DNA of 64,000 nucleotides from Nemertoderma westbladi (taxonomy: Eukaryota > Animalia > Xenacoelomorpha): the NCBI GenBank assembly GCA_032718475.1, contig JAUCBJ010001800.1:16862-80861 (forward strand), given 5' to 3'. Positions 24,429-37,148 of the stretch are shown piece by piece. The notes under the pieces are model-generated. The model worked only from the letters and a program-made list of their open reading frames with translations, was not told the DNA's origin and did no database searches. A program made the translations under genes and the position numbers. Positions within the stretch are counted from its first letter, which is position 1, and each line of letters begins with the position of its first letter.

Positions 24429-27400
24429 ATGGCTAGAACCGAAGCCCGCCAAGCGGTAAAGGTGGGAGAGATAGTCAAGTTCAATGGATATGAGATGAAA
24501 TGGTTACCTTTTAATGAATATTACAAAGATAACATACAGAACTCTGTGCTATCTAATGGAGAGAAACTTAGATTCCTCATCGAGTGCTTGGAAGGATCTC
24601 CTAAGTTAATGGCGTTAAAGTTTATTGGACATCCAGACGGATTAAGACAAGTTTGGGATACACTAAACATCAGGTATGGTAATAGGAATAACATAGCTGG
24701 GTATTTGTATGCAAAGTTGGTAGCGCCCCGAAAGTTTATTAGCAGCGGGATTATAGAGTTTTCCGATGAGATTCAGGAGATCTGCAGACAATTAGATTGG
24801 CTAGGTAAGTCTCATGAGTATCAGAGTGCTATGGTTATTAGAGCAGTGGCTTCTACTTTACCGAAGGGTGGAGTAGGTACACGCTGGGACAAGAAAGTGT
24901 TATATATGATGGAACAACAACAACGAGACCCTACCATGGCTGATCTCATGTCATTCTTGGATGGCGAAGTGAAATTACAGCTCATAAAGCAGTCCAGAGA
25001 GAAGACAACGGAAAACAAGGTAAGTGAGAAACCCGTCTCTAGGAGAAAGGTAATACCAGTGTGTTATACAGATGACGGCGAAAGCCAGACTTCCCAAGGA
25101 GAGGATAGCGGGAAAGACACTGAAAGATCTTATTATGTCAATAAAACGCCTAAAGACCAGGTAAGTAAATTCAAGTCTCGAACCAATGACAGGAGAGAAC
25201 AGGTAAGAAAAACTCCTCCTACGTCTCCCAAGAGAATTCAGGTGAGAAAGCCCGAAGAAAGAACGAGTGTGCACAATTTTATTCAAAATAAGGTAAGTAA
25301 CATCAAACCGAAATGTGCGCTATGTGACGGGACTCACCGTTTGAATATGTGTGATGAATTCCTGAAGAAATCATTAGCGGAGAGACGGGAAGTCATGTGG
25401 GATAAGCGGTTGTGTTATAATTGCCTCAGACAAGGACACCAACGGCGAACCTGTTACTCCGACACAAGGTGTGCAAAGTGCGGTGCGAAACATCATATCT
25501 TGTTGCACACTGAATTCGAGCGAAATAGTCCGAGTCAGGTAAGTGATTCCGAACTACATGTCCAATTCAGTGATGTGAACGACACTGATCAATCTGAGAT
25601 GGAAGGATTCTATACGGACGAGTTCTCCGACGAAAACGAATCCTGTTACATGATAAATACCGCAGTGTATCGAGCACTCACGTATGAAAAAGATATAGAC
25701 AGCGACCTCACCCTAACTACTTCTGATCGACAACCATCTTGGAAAGCGCCATCTTCCAATGTAGGAATCCGAGAATTTCCTGTAGTACAGGTAAGGGTCC
25801 ACGGACCTAAAAGGAGTTATGTAGTGAACGCCCTCCTTGACTCCGGTAGTACAGGAACATTCATCGACAAAGAACTAGCCGAAGACATCTTTGCTGGACA
25901 ACCCAAGTTCCGAACTAAGCTAAACATGTCAGGAATTATGCAGGTTTGGAAATCTACAGTAATCGCGGATTATTATGTAGGTGCGTTGTCCACCCCCCAG
26001 GATGAACTAGGAGAACATAGTATAAGGTCAGTAAAAATGGTGGCGATAAAGAACTTCGCTACCACTCAAGTGGAACCTTATAACTGGGATGAGGACGATT
26101 TCACCCAGCAGCTGGAAATACCTAGATTCAACACCGATTACCCTGGAGTGCAAATACTCATCGGTCAAAACGCGCATGAAGCGCTCGAGACATTGGAGAA
26201 ATGGCCCGCTCAACCGCAACCACTACAAGCTTATGCGGGAAGAACTAGAGTGGGTTGGTACTTTACTGGCCCTTCCCGTAGAACTCTCATGGAAAGATTA
26301 CCGAAAGACCAGGTATGTCAAGTGAGAGAATGGGAAGTCGAGAGCAGTGAGTTAGACGATCCAACTGAGGGAACACCATACTCCTCAGATAATGACGATG
26401 TCCACCAACTTTTTGACGAGGAGAATGCCATCGATCTCCTTAAGGAAAACGAGACTTGGCAAAACCAAGTGAATTTATGTCAACTCCTTCTTCCATCAGA
26501 GCGAGACGACTATAACGACGAGCTTAATGACGTCATTGAACGTTATAATGCCAAGACTCGGGACGAACACGCCGTACGATTCTTTACTCAAGAGGCTGTA
26601 GAGCCCAATTCCTACGATAAGGCCCTATCGGTAGAGGAAGAAAGAGCCAAGCAGATCCAAGAGACAACTACACGTTTTCTTAAAGATCAAGGTAGATATG
26701 AGATCGGTCTACCTTTCCGAAAGCGAGAACCAAAGTTTGTAAACAACAGACCCTTGGCGGAGAAAAGAATTGCTCAACTACATCGACGCCTTACGGCAAA
26801 TTCTTCAGCTAAAGAAATGTATCAAACGCAGTTGAAGAAGTTTATTAGCAAGGGATATGCGGAGCTAGTACCGGAAGAAACACCTATAACTGAGAGAACG
26901 TATTATTTAACTCACCATTATGTTCCCAAACCCGGTAAACCCCATGAAGTACGAGTGGTGTTTGACGGCTCCGCCCTCTATATGGGCCAATCCCTTAATT
27001 CTGAATTGTTACCCGTACCCAACTTGCTCCAATCATTGTTGGGAATACTTTTAAGATTAAGACAATATTCCATTGCTTTCGCCTCAGATATAGAAGGCAT
27101 GTTCTTACAAGTCAAAGCGCTGGATAGGGATCGAGATAGCCTACGATTTCTGTGGTGGCCTGAAGGAGACCTCAACCAGAAACCGGTGGAGTACTGGATG
27201 ACCATCCAAGCTTTTGGGATAATCTCGAGCCCTTCAAACGCCTGTTCCGTGGTGCGCACCACTGCGGATGACAACCGAGACGCCTTCTCTAAAGAGGTGA
27301 TTGACAACATTAAGCGGGATATATACATGGACGACAATCTAAAGTCCCTTCCATCAGTCAAAGAAGCCATTGATGTCGCTAAAGGAACGGTAGAGTGCTT

Positions 27401-27497
27401 AAAAAGAGGTGGATTTCGATTAACTAAATTCACCAGCAACTCCCGTGAGTTTCTGGAGTCGATGATCGAGATCGAGGAGCAAAAGACCTGGATCTAA
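24429..27497 (+). pseudogene. pol: Element A gag core (DUF1759-like), 3 Cys/His knuckles, aspartic protease, RT (ends in a frameshift)
   Basis: KFNG...W..F, CALCDGTHRLNMC / CYNCLRQGHQRRTC / CAKCGAKHHILLH, ALLDSGSTGTF, RVVFDGS, SDIEGMFLQV, IYMDDN. Confidence 0.9.
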
Positions 27498-27643
27498 TAA
27501 AAGATGATCTCCCAGAAACTAAGACCCTTGGTTTGAAATGGGACACCGAAAGAGATATCCTGTTTTTCCAACTAAAACAGCGAGATAATCCAGTTCGGAC
27601 TAAACGGATTTGTTGAAGTATCCTGAGCACTTATTTTGATCCA

Positions 27644-28657
27644 TTGGGATTTATTAGCCCAGTTATATTGATTGCTCGGAGTTTAGTACAACAAATGTGG
27701 CTTGAAAACCACTCATGGGACGATCCACTTAAGGGAGAGTTGTTAAAGAAGTGGATGAAATGGGAAGATTCTCTACCAGCCATCGAGAACTTTATAATTT
27801 CCCGTTCATATTTTGGTCATGTTCTCCCTACGTATTCCTATCAACTCCATGTGTTTGGAGACGCCAGCGATATGGGAATAGGTATAGTAGCCTACCTAAG
27901 GGTGGAAACTCCGGACGGAATCAAAGTCGCCTTGGTTACTTCTAAGGCATTGATAAACAATAAGTTGAAAGTTCCTCGAGCGGAGTTAAAAGCGGCTCTA
28001 TATGCTACAGCCATCAGCCGGAATGTAACAGAACAGATCGACTATCCACCAGAGAAAACTGTCTATTGGACCGACGCTTTACTCGTGTTGGAGTATATAA
28101 CCAATGAAGTCTGTCAGTTCAGCGTCTTCGTTACCAACAGAGTAGCCATTATACTCAGTCGCACAACGATGGATCAATGGAGACATTGCCCCAGAACGAT
28201 TAATCCAGCAGACATTGCCTCCAGGGGAGCAACTCCACAAGAACTGGTAGACACTCCAGACTGGTTAGGTGGACCCGACTTCCTCTACAAAGAAGAAGAA
28301 GAATGGCCTCCTCATCTTACTACCACAGAGATTAGACAGGCCAAGGGAGCGGAGAAAGTCAAACCTAAAACTCGGGCGAGTAAATCGAAGTTATTCAAAC
28401 CTATGGTAGATCTGTCTGTACTACATACTTCCGGAGACGACGCTTTGGATCAGAAACCCACAGCCACAAATAAACTTGTTGTGGAAATCCGTGAGAAGGA
28501 TTGGAAATCTGGAATACCAGACGTCTCGCAAGGACTCTCACCTCTTCTGCAGAGAGCGATACATCACTACAGTTCCTGGAATCGACTCTGTAAGGCCGTT
28601 ACATATTTAAAGAGATGTTTTCACCATCACTACTCCGGGATGAAGGCCAAAAGGTGA
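27644..28657 (+). pseudogene. pol: Element A RNase H (Pao peptidase A17 region)
   Basis: FDPLGFISP upstream, LHVFGDAS, PRAEL.AA, YWTD, WRHCP..INPADIASRG. Confidence 0.9.
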
Positions 28658-28676
28658 TACCACTCCAATAACATCA

Positions 28677-30206
28677 GTGCAGATCCATGTTATTAAAGAT
28701 CTTCCCAAATATAAGATACCCGACAAGTTTCTGAAGGAGAAGATCAGTTATCAGGAGCATGAAGAAACCAACAAGCAGATGCTGAGACTCCTGCAATGCT
28801 ATGAAGATTCCGATAAGTATTTCCAGTTGTTGAGAAATCCACAGATGCGCTTAAGGGATCGTTTCTCTAGCACAATGATAGATGGGTTGATACGTGTTGG
28901 AGGAAGATTAACGAATGCTCCATTATCCTTTGACACTAAGTTCCCCATACTCATTAGAAATCTTGAAATACAAGTCAAGATGATTGTAGATGTTCACAGC
29001 AAACTTTATCATGCTGGTAGGGAACGAGTTCTTAGCGAAATTCGAACTCGCTATTATTTTTATAAACCCCATAGAGCTCTGAACCAAGTTCTTAGGAACT
29101 GCATACCCTGTAGGAAAGCATTCAGTAGGCCTTTAACACAGCGAGAGGCAGAATTACCTAGGGAACGAGTAAGCTTCTATGAACCACCCTTTACTAATAC
29201 CGGTGTGGATTTATTTGGCCCTATTGAAGTATATCGTGCTAGGACTATTGTCAAGAGATGGTGTGTAATCTTTGTTTGTATGACTTGTAGAGCTATCCAT
29301 CTCGATATGGTGAACGATTTATCGACCAACAGCTTCCTATTAAGCTTACGACGACAGATCGCTCGCTTTGGCACTAGTAACACGATGAGATCTGATAAGG
29401 GAACTAACTTCATTGGTGCCAACAATGAAATCAAAGCTTACGTCAAAGATTGGAACCAAAGACAGGTGGACGATCAGCTACGAGTAACAGCGTCTAGCTG
29501 GACCTTCAACGCCGCCGACGCCCCTTGGTGGGGAGGAAGTTGGGAGAGATTAATAAGAAGTGTGAAGACAGCATTTCACTTTATAGTGCCTTGCCGCGCG
29601 TATCTCACCGACGAACTTTTGCGGACGTTAATGGAGGAAATCGCCGCCTATCTCAACGAGAGACCGCTTATGCCAGTCTCATCGAGTCCCGATTCCCTGG
29701 AAGCGCTAACACCCGCGCACTTCCTACTGAAGAAACCTGTAGCCATGCTACCACAATCGGAAATCACAGACGGAGACGAATACTGCCGGCAAACTTGGCA
29801 ACTCATGCAGTTGTTATCCCGTCGTTTCGCTGATCATTTCGAAAAACATTATCTGCCCACGCTACAACTTCGAACTAAGTGGTTTGCGCAGCAAGAAAAC
29901 GTCAGCGCTGGAGACATGGTTCTTATTGTGGATGTAGATCTTCCACGTAAGCGGTGGCAGACAGGTCGTATCATCGAGACTCACATCTCGGATGACGGTT
30001 TGGTGCGATCGGTAGAACTCGTCGTCATGCGACGTAACTTCAAGAAACCGGGAATTGTCTTCGAAACGCAGCAGCTCAATCGCCCAGTTGGTCGCTTATG
30101 TTTACTGGAAAGAGACAGAGAACTCTCCGGAAACTATGGGAGGCAAGATACTCTTCCCACGACCACCTCCCTAATCCAACAAACATATAGGGACTCCCCA
30201 GCTTAG
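28677..30206 (+). pseudogene. pol: Element A integrase plus DUF5641-like C-terminus
   Basis: RVGGRL, H..HAG...C..C, GVDLFGP, SDKGTNF, GGSWERLI, LTPAHFL, DGLVRSV. Confidence 0.9.
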
Positions 30207-30744
30207 TAGCATATGGAGTGGGTGTGTGACCATATTATTTTATATTCTTATTATTTTATATTTATGTATGTATTATTATGTAATTTTATTATAATCGTTT
30301 TATTTAATTTTATTTAGTAGCATGTTATTTTAGCGATTATTTAGTAGATTAGTGCAATATGTTCGCGTTTATTACGTAATTACTTATATTATATATTTAG
30401 TGCGAATGCAAGAAATAATTATTTTCTCTTTCCTTACTGCCCGTATTACATTACGAATACGTAACTACAGTAAGATGAAATGTCCGTACTTATTAAAGTA
30501 CAATAAAGCCACTACTATATTCAAGTATTATTGGTAGGCAGAGTATTAGGAATGCAAAGTTCAGATCCTCGTGTCTCGGCTAAACCAAGCTCTGGGTAGA
30601 CCTTGGAAACGACTTGCCTCTTCACACTGACATTGCTTCGTGCGATATTGCTCTCATACCGTATATTAAATAATACATATAGTAGCGTGATGTCCCTTTA
30701 ACAGTAGCGTATAACGCAAAATAAATCTGTTAAACCCTTTGACC

Positions 30745-31015
30745 ATCTGCAATTCTAGTCGATTAAGATATCGCGGCACCCACCGATATACTTGAAAGAC
30801 AAAATTCTAGAATCAGTGGTTAACGTCCCCAGACAACTGGAATAAACTGGTGCCCATCCTAAATATTAATTATTAATATTTACAAAATCTGTCAAAATTT
30901 AGATCCTTTAAAATTCTAGTCGATTAAGATATCGTAGCACTTACCGATACTCTTAAAAAGACAAATTCCTAGAATCTAGGATCCCAGTCCCCAGACACGT
31001 TCTGGAATAAAATTA
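30745..31015 (+). repeat. ~160-bp direct duplication in the pol-ORF3 spacer of A
   Basis: AATTCTAGTCGATTAAGATATCG…GACAAA…CTAGAATC…TCCCCAGACA…CTGGAATAAA occurs at about 30751 and 30912. Confidence 0.8.
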
Positions 31016-31847
31016 CGTTTATTTAACATTAAATAATAAAATTTACGGGAATAAATTTAAATTCATATATTTCAATGAATTTAATAAATTGTCATTTTAT
31101 ACAATTTATAACATTCCCAAAATTCCATTAATTAATAGATCATGGGAGCGGAGATTCACTCTATTAAGTGTATTGGTGTGCGAGAATCTCCAATATATAG
31201 TCAATAGCCGATAAAATTCATAAAATCATGTATAAAGAGAAATATTGACAATTAAAGAATTACTATTAAATAGCATCCCAGATCTGTATGCATGAGAATT
31301 ACCCTAATTCTACCGCTAGCTTTCCATAATGTCACCATGGCAACAACCACGCTAGAATTAGAAGTGAGTTAAAAGAACAATAGAAGGCTTGCCCCACTGA
31401 ATAGCATAGGGAATAAATAGCGCACTGCTAGTATCCAAAGATACATAATAAATAAAGTGACATTCTGGAAGGTACTTGACTAACGGACAAATGACCCGAA
31501 TGTGTGATAGAATGTGTACCATTTGTGACAGTTACGTGGAATTTGTGCGTTTGTAGGTGAATGTTACTACTAAGTTGTGTTTACAGTAGTGAGTCGCAAT
31601 TGTGAAAGTAACGCTAACTCTCCAGTAAGAACCTGAAGTACATCTAAGCCTTTGGGACGGACAGTGGAGTGACTTGTGCCAGTTATTGTTGTCGTTGTGT
31701 AGCTACATCGTTGGCGAAAGCACAGCGACGACGGTACATCGGCGCTGAGGATCTTGCACTGTCCGGGGGCAAAAGAGGGGTAGGCAGCGACGCCCGCTAG
31801 CCTAAATATAAACTCATTATAATATTGATAATCTCATATAGCAGATA

Positions 31848-33369
31848 TGACTAAGTTGATAGAAGATGATCTTGGTATCAGGGAGCGATATACTCTAAGT
31901 TTACAAACGTTTGTTGATAGCTTGATACGCGGCGACGCTGGTCCAACTACTACGGAGGACGATGGTCGTTATATCTAAGCGCCAATGTCCCGGGAGCAAC
32001 TTGCGCGTGGGTTGGACTGTAGAAAATTCACCGCTCGCTGTGCGCGTCGTAAATGGTACGTATATGGACTTCTTAACTACTGGTCATCCTATCGACCTAC
32101 ACGATACGAACGATATAGACACCAAAAGGGAAATGGTTTTATTTAAATATCATACCCAGCGGAAGCGGAACGATAAACTGAGACTCGAACACGAAAATTC
32201 TATTCGAAACCGACTCGAAAGTGCAGATGTTGAAGAGCCGGATAAACGCAGCGACTTCACCAAATACCTGGAATTCTTGAGAGAAACCTATTTCGATATT
32301 ACCAGTCAACAGAATCTAGAAACTCGATATCCTCAAGGTATACATCATGACCGCATGGTAGAACTCAAACGGCTCTATTCCACTATGATGTATCTTACCG
32401 CCGATCGACCGCTACCTGTTGTACCGGATAGCTTCGAACAGATGGAGGAATATTGTAAAACTGGAGAACGATCACCCACGTTTCCCCTACAAGACGTGCG
32501 TCTTTAGTATTATTGCAATGAATGCCCAAGACCCAACCAACAAACGAAAAGACATAAACATCCGCGGAGACGTTGCTTTAAACACGGTTTTACTCGCTAT
32601 ATTTACGGGAGTTTCGAGCGAAACTTGTTCGATGTATCACCTACGCTCGTTCGACTCGGACGATCCTTAAATAAACCAATGATCAGAGTTTCGGAATACT
32701 CGATCAGACCTCCTCATTCCCTAGTGAGACCTCAGACTCTTGATCCTATTAGTATGACGGATCCTCCCGAGCTGTACTCACTGCTCAAAGATCTAGTGTT
32801 ACCTGAACAATTAGTCGGTGGCACCCCGGTTGTGGGCTTCCTAGATATTAGCCCATCCTACCTAGCCGGATTGGGACGCGGACATTTAATATCGCCGTTT
32901 AACCCTTACCATCGTCCCGGCTTAACACGATATAACCTGTCACCAAAGTGGCGGAGAGCATTGTACCAAATGAGTTAGACGCTATTCTACAAAGATCAGA
33001 AAAGGAACTTATGCTTGTTCAGATAAACGTAAATTGCACTAGCAAGTCCAAGCGGTAAACAAAGTAACTATATCTCAGTTCGATCGGGAAATCCAGAATC
33101 TCTAAGAAGTTATCGAACTTGGACGACCCTATTCTCTGCGAGAGTTTTTGGATGAACGTATCCAGCTACGAGGAGGAAAATCAGCTCGAGGAGAAGCATA
33201 TCGAAACGGCGGATACCCCGACCATAATCCTACACCTTCTGATGCAATCATATTGCACCCTTCACCCAGGATTTATAGCCCTCCTAGTAAAGTGGCTCGC
33301 CCCAAAGAGAAAAGGACTCTTGCTAGCCTCAAAAAACTGCGTAAACGCCGTCCTCGTAAGAAAGACTAA
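31848..33369 (+). pseudogene. Element A ORF3 (disrupted), homologous to the N-terminal domain of element B ORF3
   Basis: 31962-32507 and 32625-32978 are in the same frame across a TAG. ELKRLYSTMMYLTADRPLPVV..F..M..Y + YYCNEC…RCFKH aligns with B ORF3. Basic tail KKLRKRRPRKKD. Confidence 0.65.
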
Positions 33370-33449
33370 CTGTTTAGAGTAACTTTATATTTTAGAAACT
33401 GTGATTTGTTATATTTTATAGACTTAATAATCCCATTTTCTGGGAGCGG

Positions 33450-34615
33450 TGTAAAGGCTTTTGCGTAATTAGCTGGTTATTTTCCCCTTAAAGTACTCTG
33501 TAGTTGGTTTAACCAGCATAAAAGGCCGTGTCCTTACTGTATTGTTGTTTTAGAGGACATAAAAGCCATTTCTTCCGTATGTGTACTTTAGCAGACATGA
33601 TTAGCAATTCTATGACGCAATAAGCCGGATCCTCTTGAAACAGTGTAGATACCATGACGACGGCTAACAGCTGATATTGCCACGTAGAACATCTCTTTGT
33701 TCTTTGTTCTCTCTTTGTTCGGTCGACCAATCAGAGCGTTTTTTGCCTCTGTGTTGGAGATGGTGTATAGAAACTAGGGAAGGGAATCAGTATGTGATTT
33801 TTCCACAGCCTACAACACCGGCGTGGAACCTCCGTGTTTCAGTCTTTAGTCTTACATTAGTAGGCTTAATTATAGAATGTATATCCGTTATCAATGCAAT
33901 GCTTACTGATCATATCAAACTCAGTCACTCATAATCATTCATACCTTAACATTACTGCTTTTACTGTCGGTTATTCATTATATTTGTTGATGGAACATTA
34001 TATTCGGAATACTGATAAACAATCAGACACCCCAATCTTCTTGATATACTAAAGGTTAGAGAGACCGGATACATATAACGATTGCGACTTACATTAAGTG
34101 GTTTGAAGTGAATCTAATGCTATTTTATAGGCCCTACACGTATTGTCTGTTGTTCTCCTTATATGTGACTAAAATTAGTGAAGGTCGGCAGATTGGTGTG
34201 CAGCATTGTGCAGCATTGTGTATGATTGTGATTGATAACGAAGCATCTCCTAAAGAATGCGCCATATACGTGAATCTATAGCCATCCCGTTGTGTCTGGT
34301 TTAAGTCATAACTCTGTTTATATATTTAAAGCGCCACGTCCTAAAGGAACTGTTAATATTTCCCGAAAGTGAATAATATTTGTCAGAGATTATATATATT
34401 AAGATCAGTCGAATAATACAGTAGGCCTATCCCGCAATACGATTAGGCTTCCGAATCCAGTCTCCCGGGTATATCCAGCGGGTGAATGATCGCGCATAGA
34501 CTGGTTTCGGCTAATGTAGTGTATCAAATATTTGTCGTAGGCTAAAGACTATCTATTATCTAGAAGACATCCTAATTTGGCAGGTTAAACTGCTAAAGGT
34601 CTGAAAGCGCGAACA
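33450..34615 (+). repeat. 3' LTR of element A (1166 bp), preceded by short PPT TGGGAGCGG
   Basis: Direct repeat of 17674-18793, followed by TSD AGATC. Confidence 0.95.
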
Positions 34616-34620
34616 AGATC

Positions 34621-36003
34621 CCTCTCCATCTCTGGCCCTCTCCTCTTCAATGACCTTGTGCTGTTGGAGTCAGCAGCATTTACCTTCCCTTTGGCCTTTT
34701 ATCTATTTACGGAATCATTACAAGTTCTTTCTTCGTGATATATCTTCTACCACATAATTGACATTGACTGTATGGCCACATCCACCTAGAACTAAACTGT
34801 GTGAAATTTATCCAAGGTTATAGTAGATGAGTGCACTCAACAAGGCGAAACAGACAGTCATTACCCCGCAAAAGCGAAGTTTGCTAGCTATACATATAGG
34901 GTTTGATGATTATCCTGGCAAGCATCTCAATAATACACTTGTGTTGGATAGTTTGATAAATAATGTAGAAAGAATTTCCAGACATTTATCAACTTCGCTT
35001 GAATTTACACCATGAAGTATTGGTTGGAATTGGTTAGAATTGCATTGGTTTGGAATAATGACAGAATGATACTGTGATGACCAGATAGATTTCTCCATTA
35101 TCTTTACTACATTACCTTTATAGACTGGTTCTTGGCTTCTTTGTGCAGGATATCTTGGATACTTTTACCATACTACAGTTGTAATTTATCTACTGTGGTT
35201 ATAGTCAGCTGATGCGATGCTCCGCCATGTGGCTTACCATTTACTTTCAGTCCTTTGGCCAGTAAATCCCGGAGACTCTTTCAACATCATTTTTGAGTAT
35301 GACCAATGTCATCTAGTTTCTCTAATCTATGACAGTCTGGTTTCTCATTTTATAAATGACTTCTCCATCTTCCCTCAGGTTCTTGTCAAATTCTAGCTTC
35401 TCATATCTGCAGTTATTTCCTGATAATCATCAAATCTGTCACATACACTATACGTAGGTATCCAAAACTATGCTATATGAGTCACCATCACAGATCATAG
35501 ATGTATAACTCAGCATATAATCCTCTTACCTAACTCCACATTTTCTTTGCTACTGCTTCAAGTATAATCTAGTAGACACTCTTATTGGTATTTCTCCATA
35601 CATTACAATTAGTATATTTTACATATGGACAATAATTACATTTAGAACAAATCGTGGAGCACATAGCATAATCTAAAACCTTTCCTGTATTTAACAGTAA
35701 TCACGAACCCAGCTCCATAGTTGGCAGTATGCCATCGTTTTGACCATGTAGCATCAAAAGTAACTTCAGTAGTGTCAGTAATAATTTTATTAGCATATCA
35801 ATGATCCCCTGGGCATTATCGTCGTAATGGCAATTTCTTTGCAACAACGGGGTGTATGGTACTAAGATGCTGCTGCTATACAGGTTTTGAAAATGAACAA
35901 GGACACCCCACGACTTCTTCATATGTTTTCAAGCCTTCTAACCCCACAGCAATCTCTAAACAGGCATTTGTATTGCGTTTGTTTATATATATCTACAGTG
36001 GCT
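34621..36003 (-). pseudogene. Degenerate Kolobok / Mutator-like transposase, second copy
   Basis: 34854-36003 matches 1-1135, with the same motifs and many shared stops. Confidence 0.7.
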
Positions 36004-36029
36004 CTCCCCATCTACAGTGGACTATCTCT

Positions 36030-36600
36030 CTTTGACTATTTAATCGATTTAATTCAAAATCGATATTAGTTAATTGTTTCATTTTATTGTTTACAGCTTC
36101 CTGCATGGCTTGCAGGTTTAGTGGGGACTCGTTTACTTTTTCCCTATAAAGGGAGTCCTCGTTCGCCCGGGCGACCTTTTTACTCGCCCCTGTGGGCCCC
36201 ATGTCCCCCACCGACTCAACTGAACCAATGGACACGGCCGGCCATAAGGCGGCATGGTGTCCATCACGAGAGTCGGTGATGGGGGATAAAATAGGGCCCA
36301 GACTTTGGGTGTTATGGGGATGGGCGAAGGGGGTACTAGATTGGCTGGATAAACACGAATATTATGATACCCCGGTCGTTGTTGGTATGATTTCTACATC
36401 TCTGCCCAAAGGCAGAGTGTATCCACAAGATGGGATCGCAACGTACTGAATGCGCTACTCAATAACAAACCAGCTCTGGGCATGAAGGACTTCATAAAAT
36501 ACCTCGATTATGAATCCTCGTTACTTATGATTACTCAACGCCGTGAACGCAACGCGGACCCGAAACTCGACAAAAATCCTACAACTAAACGTCGAGAGTG
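36030..36600 (+). pseudogene. Rearranged gag remnants of Bel/Pao element C
   Basis: 36335-36580 reads LDWLDKHEYYDTPVVVGMISTSLPKG/VSTRWDRNVL…MKDFIKYLDYE, matching A gag LDWLGKSHEY…STLPKGGVGTRWDKKVL…MADLMSFLDGE. 36030-36335 appears inverted. Confidence 0.6.
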
Positions 36601-36853
36601 AGTATCAATATCTGATATCAATATAATAATGCTTGCTATATTTGGGTCAGATATATATATACTGTATATATCAGTATATAGCCGGTACAACAATACCAGA
36701 ATACAGTCAGGCAGTTGGCACGGCATAAGCAGACACATTCAGTACACAGTCAGACAAAGGTAATAAGGTACCGGTAATACTGTTGTAGGCTATATCAGCC
36801 ATACTAAAATATAACCACCACCAAGATAATATATAATTAAGGTACTGTATAAC

Positions 36854-37148
36854 TTGGAACACATATGTGAAAATGCCCTACCCGACATTGAAAACTTCTG
36901 GGTACCCAGAGCTTATTTCCCTAACGCTCTGCCATCGCACACGTACCAATTACACGTGTTCGGTGACGCTAGTGACAAGGGCATTGGTATCATAGCCTAT
37001 TATAGGGCCACTACACCCCAAGACACTCGGGTGTCATCACTAGTACTGTAGCGTCCAAATCTTTGATAAAATGCAAAGATTTAACAGTGCCAAGAACTGA
37101 ACTAAAGGCCGCACTGTTTGCAACTACTGTTGCCAAAAATATCCCTGA
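36854..37148 (+). pseudogene. Element C RNase H fragment (interrupted by B)
   Basis: YQLHVFGDASDKGIGI…VPRTELKAALFA..VAKNIP continues as DETDFVISRTVLWTD at 55770. Confidence 0.85.

Larger units (their letters stand above)
17674..34615 (+). mobile_element. Bel/Pao LTR retrotransposon A (16.9 kb, full length, coding-defective, with extra ORF3)
   Basis: TG...CA LTRs, 5-bp TSD AGATC (17669-17673 / 34616-34620), and gag-PR-RT-RH-IN order with Pao motifs. Confidence 0.95.
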
